Assembly: GCA_964236955.1 (NCBI GenBank)
Contig: CAXSGP010000005.1
Location: 32,044-96,043 of the forward strand
Direction of reading: 5' to 3'
From: an uncultured Oligoflexus sp.
GTDB lineage: Bacteria > Bdellovibrionota_B > Oligoflexia > Oligoflexales > Oligoflexaceae
Length of the DNA stretch: 64,000 bases
Notes under the pieces: model-generated
What the model was told of the DNA's origin: nothing
Seen by the model: only the letters and a program-made list of their open reading frames with translations
Databases searched by the model: none
Part shown: in pieces, positions 61,289 through 64,000 of the stretch
How the letters are laid out: the number at the start of each line of letters is the position of its first letter
Numbering within the stretch: position 1 is the first letter of the stretch
Made by a program: the position numbers and the translations under genes

Positions 61289-61538
61289 ATAAGGTCTCCA
61301 GTGCCTATCGGAATGGATAAGACATTCTAATTATTAATTGTACAACTTTATCGAAGTGCTTTCCCGATTTCTGTTGAAAAATCTAAGCTTCAGCACTTAT
61401 GGCTCCGCCATCACTGCTAGTGATGCAGACAAATTTTCGACTGAGCCGATTGCGCCACTTCCTATGTGGAGTTAACCATATTAAACTAGAACTAAGAACC
61501 ACAATCTTCACTCACCAACGCATCTAAGGGGGATCCCT

Positions 61539-62384
61539 GTGTTGCGCATTTGCCGCCGAGTATTTCATTGTTATCTTATAGCTATTATTATCTTGTGTGC
61601 GCCAGCTTGTCAAACTCTCAAAAAACCTGGCGAAGATGATAAGAAAGCTGAGGATATTCTCTCAACCCAAAAAAGCATGGTGATTAACTATATCAACCAG
61701 GGTCTGCCAAGTATGGCCCTGCGCGAACTTCGTCCCCTGGAAAAAGAAAATCCTAAGGATGCGGATCTAAAAAACCTCATGGGCCTTATTCATCTTTCGA
61801 TGCAAAACGCAAAATTGGCGTTGACTTACTTTGAAGAAGCCTATCGTCTGCAGCCCCGTGCCCCGATCGCACTGAATCTGAGTTCTGCGCTCATTGAGAC
61901 CGGTCAAGCGCTGCGAGCGATTAAAGTCCTAAAGGATCTGAAGGCCAGCGATGCTGGTAAGGCCTATCAGTATCCGGAACGTATCACGCACAACATCGGT
62001 CTCGCAGCCGAGCGTTTAAAAAAGTATGACCTAGCCGTAAAGTACTACTCACTGGCTCTGGAGGACAACCCCTACTACTATATATCCCTGATGCGCTTGG
62101 GAGCGGTCTATGAGCAGCAGAAGAAGGGTGGTGCAGCCTATCAGCAGTATCTGAAAGCGCGTGAAGCCTGTCTTAAATGCTTCGACCCCATTCATGCCTC
62201 GGTTCAGCTTCAGCTGAAGGCCGGCAAGGGTGGACTGGCGATGAAAACCATTCAGGATTATCTTGCCAATAAAGAGCTCGAACCACAGGATCGCTCCAAG
62301 GCGCAGCGTCTGCTGAGCTCTACCAACAAAGCCAAGCAGCAGGCCCGCAGCGCTCCCACTCGACCGATCCCAAGACCTCGTTAA
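61539..62384 (+). CDS. PilF/PilW-like TPR lipoprotein
   Basis: Lipobox-like APAC, TPR repeats, Y.YPE...N.G motif; next to rodZ. Confidence 0.72.
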   Translation: MLRICRRVFHCYLIAIIILCAPACQTLKKPGEDDKKAEDILSTQKSMVINYINQGLPSMALRELRPLEKENPKDADLKNLMGLIHLSMQNAKLALTYFEEAYRLQPRAPIALNLSSALIETGQALRAIKVLKDLKASDAGKAYQYPERITHNIGLAAERLKKYDLAVKYYSLALEDNPYYYISLMRLGAVYEQQKKGGAAYQQYLKAREACLKCFDPIHASVQLQLKAGKGGLAMKTIQDYLANKELEPQDRSKAQRLLSSTNKAKQQARSAPTRPIPRPR

Positions 62385-62419
62385 TCGCAAACCATGAGGG
62401 GATGTCCCTTTTTCGCTGA

Positions 62420-62463
62420 AGGGGCTTGGAGCATGGGTTTGAGAAAAACCCCTCCAAGCCCCT
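62420..62463. repeat. Intergenic inverted repeat
   Basis: AGGGGCTTGGAG/CTCCAAGCCCCT 12-bp stem plus inner GGGTTT/AAACCC. Confidence 0.75.
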
Positions 62464-62544
62464 AGTCACTCGTGCTACAAATGTCAGGGACGGGCCCGAG
62501 CCCGGTTCGGGTTGTCTTGCGACTGTCTTCGAAAGGATAACGGC

Positions 62545-63852
62545 ATGCATTTTCATACCAGAGCTCTTGCCCTGATTTGCCTCCTGGGGTCTCCCCTACT
62601 CGCCGCCGATAAAGCCACCGAAGAGAAAGATGTCGAACAACGCTATCGTTCGTTGGAAACTCTGGCCCGCGGCCTCTATTATCTTGAAAATTTGTACGTC
62701 GATCCTCAAAAAGTAAAGCCTGATGAACTCACCTATCAGGCTTTGCGCGGGATCGTCAGCAACCTCGATCCCCATACCATGATCATGCCGCGCAAATCTT
62801 TCGAGCAGTTCACGTCCGACACTCAGGGTAAATTCGGCGGCGTCGGAGTCATCGTTTCCACCGAAAAAGGCAAGCTGATCGTCGTCTCGCCCATCGATGA
62901 TTCGCCTGCCGCCAAAGCCGGAATCTTAGCCGGTGATGAGATCATTGCTATCGACGACGTTCCGCTCGACAAGATGAAGGTGAACGATACGTCTGATCTG
63001 ATGCGCGGCAAACCCAACACCAAGGTGAAGCTGCAGATTCGCAGAAAAGATGCTCCGGCGGTTCTTAATTTTCAATTGGTACGGGAAATCATCAAGGTAA
63101 AATCGGTGCGCGGCGAAGACCTGACTCACGATGTCGCCTATGCCCGCATTGCCAGCTTTCAGGACAATACCGCCGAAGAACTCAAAGCGATTGTTGAGAA
63201 GAAAGCAAAAACTGCCAAGGGTCTTATCCTTGACCTGCGCGATAATCCCGGTGGCCTTCTCGATCAGGCGGTGAAAGTCGTCGATCTCTTTATCGAGTCC
63301 GGCGTGATCGTCTCGACGGTCGGTCGCACCGATAAGGATGTCGAGCGTGAATACGCTCACAAAAAGGGTACCTATGCCGACCTGCCTCTGGTCGTTCTTA
63401 TCAATGGCGGCAGCGCATCGGCCTCCGAAATCGTCGCGGGCGCCTTGCAGGATCACGAGCGGGCCCTTCTCATGGGGACGACATCGTTCGGCAAAGGCTC
63501 CGTCCAGACCCTGGTCTCCCTGCCCGATCAGTCCGGATTAAAAATCACAGTAGCACGTTATTTCACCCCTAAGGATCGCTCCATCCAAGCCAAGGGCATT
63601 ACCCCGGATGTCGTCGTTTCCTATCAGCAGGGCGAAGTTAAAAGCGAAGGCATGAGGAAGGAATCCGACCTCAAAGGCCATATCGAAAGCCATGATTTGT
63701 CGGATCTCGCCAAGACTTCGGGAATAAGTACCGAAATTGATGCCTGGCCGGCAGGCGCGAAGCAGGACAATCAGCTGGTGGCGGCGTATTCATTTTTAAG
63801 AAGTATGCGGTTTTTTGATGGCAAAAAAATGAAGATGCCGATTGCTCGATAA
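62545..63852 (+). CDS. ctpA: S41 carboxyl-terminal protease (PDZ)
   Basis: LDPHT, FGGVG, LDLRDNPGG, SASASEI, SFGKGSVQ, YFTP..RSIQ..GI.PD. Confidence 0.94.
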   Translation: MHFHTRALALICLLGSPLLAADKATEEKDVEQRYRSLETLARGLYYLENLYVDPQKVKPDELTYQALRGIVSNLDPHTMIMPRKSFEQFTSDTQGKFGGVGVIVSTEKGKLIVVSPIDDSPAAKAGILAGDEIIAIDDVPLDKMKVNDTSDLMRGKPNTKVKLQIRRKDAPAVLNFQLVREIIKVKSVRGEDLTHDVAYARIASFQDNTAEELKAIVEKKAKTAKGLILDLRDNPGGLLDQAVKVVDLFIESGVIVSTVGRTDKDVEREYAHKKGTYADLPLVVLINGGSASASEIVAGALQDHERALLMGTTSFGKGSVQTLVSLPDQSGLKITVARYFTPKDRSIQAKGITPDVVVSYQQGEVKSEGMRKESDLKGHIESHDLSDLAKTSGISTEIDAWPAGAKQDNQLVAAYSFLRSMRFFDGKKMKMPIAR

Positions 63853-63877
63853 TGCGAATAGGGGAGTGCTTGTTATA

Positions 63878-63961
63878 ACTTGCGAGAGGGGGAAGACTCC
63901 CCGCTTTCAAGTGATTGGCTCAAAATTCTTGAGAGTGGGGAGTCTTCCCCCTCTCGCAAGT
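63878..63961. repeat. Long inverted repeat (REP/MITE-like)
   Basis: 34-bp arms (63878-63911 / 63928-63961) with two mismatches and a 16-nt spacer. Confidence 0.85.
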
Positions 63962-64000
63962 CAATGTCGCCCAGCTAGAGATCGTTCCGCTTTTACCCAA

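Noticed and set aside
61305..61331. FliA-like promoter before rodZ
   Set aside because: -10 TCCGATAG is plausible but -35 ATTAGAAT is too weak to call

Overview
A ~50% GC, mostly core-genome bacterial segment. Its gene content suggests Bdellovibrionota, probably Oligoflexia-like (inference, not a database result). Housekeeping loci: hutF/hutG, an EPS priming/GT4 pair, a sigma54 activator, rpsB-tsf-pyrH-frr, rpmF-fabD, a FadF-like Fe-S protein, an Rrf2-sufBCD-nfu operon, ptrB, dapD, tsaD-rsmA, an RhlB-like helicase, lysM-dprA-smg, plsB-rsgA, panC, rodZ and ctpA. I saw no rRNA, tRNA, CRISPR array, transposase or prophage. The most unusual items are: (1) a protein made of six classical-spacing zinc fingers (C-x2-C-x12-C-x3-H/C/D) behind a FliA-like promoter; (2) several long, G-U-rich intergenic folds that look like unannotated ncRNAs, including a divergent GGA-rich pair near 31.2-31.7 kb that share a sequence motif; (3) a FecR / outer-membrane barrel / HAMP-PP2C / receiver / Hpt signalling cluster; (4) a double-GYF membrane protein separating yceD from rpmF. 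All calls come from motif recognition by eye; no searches or folding programs were run.
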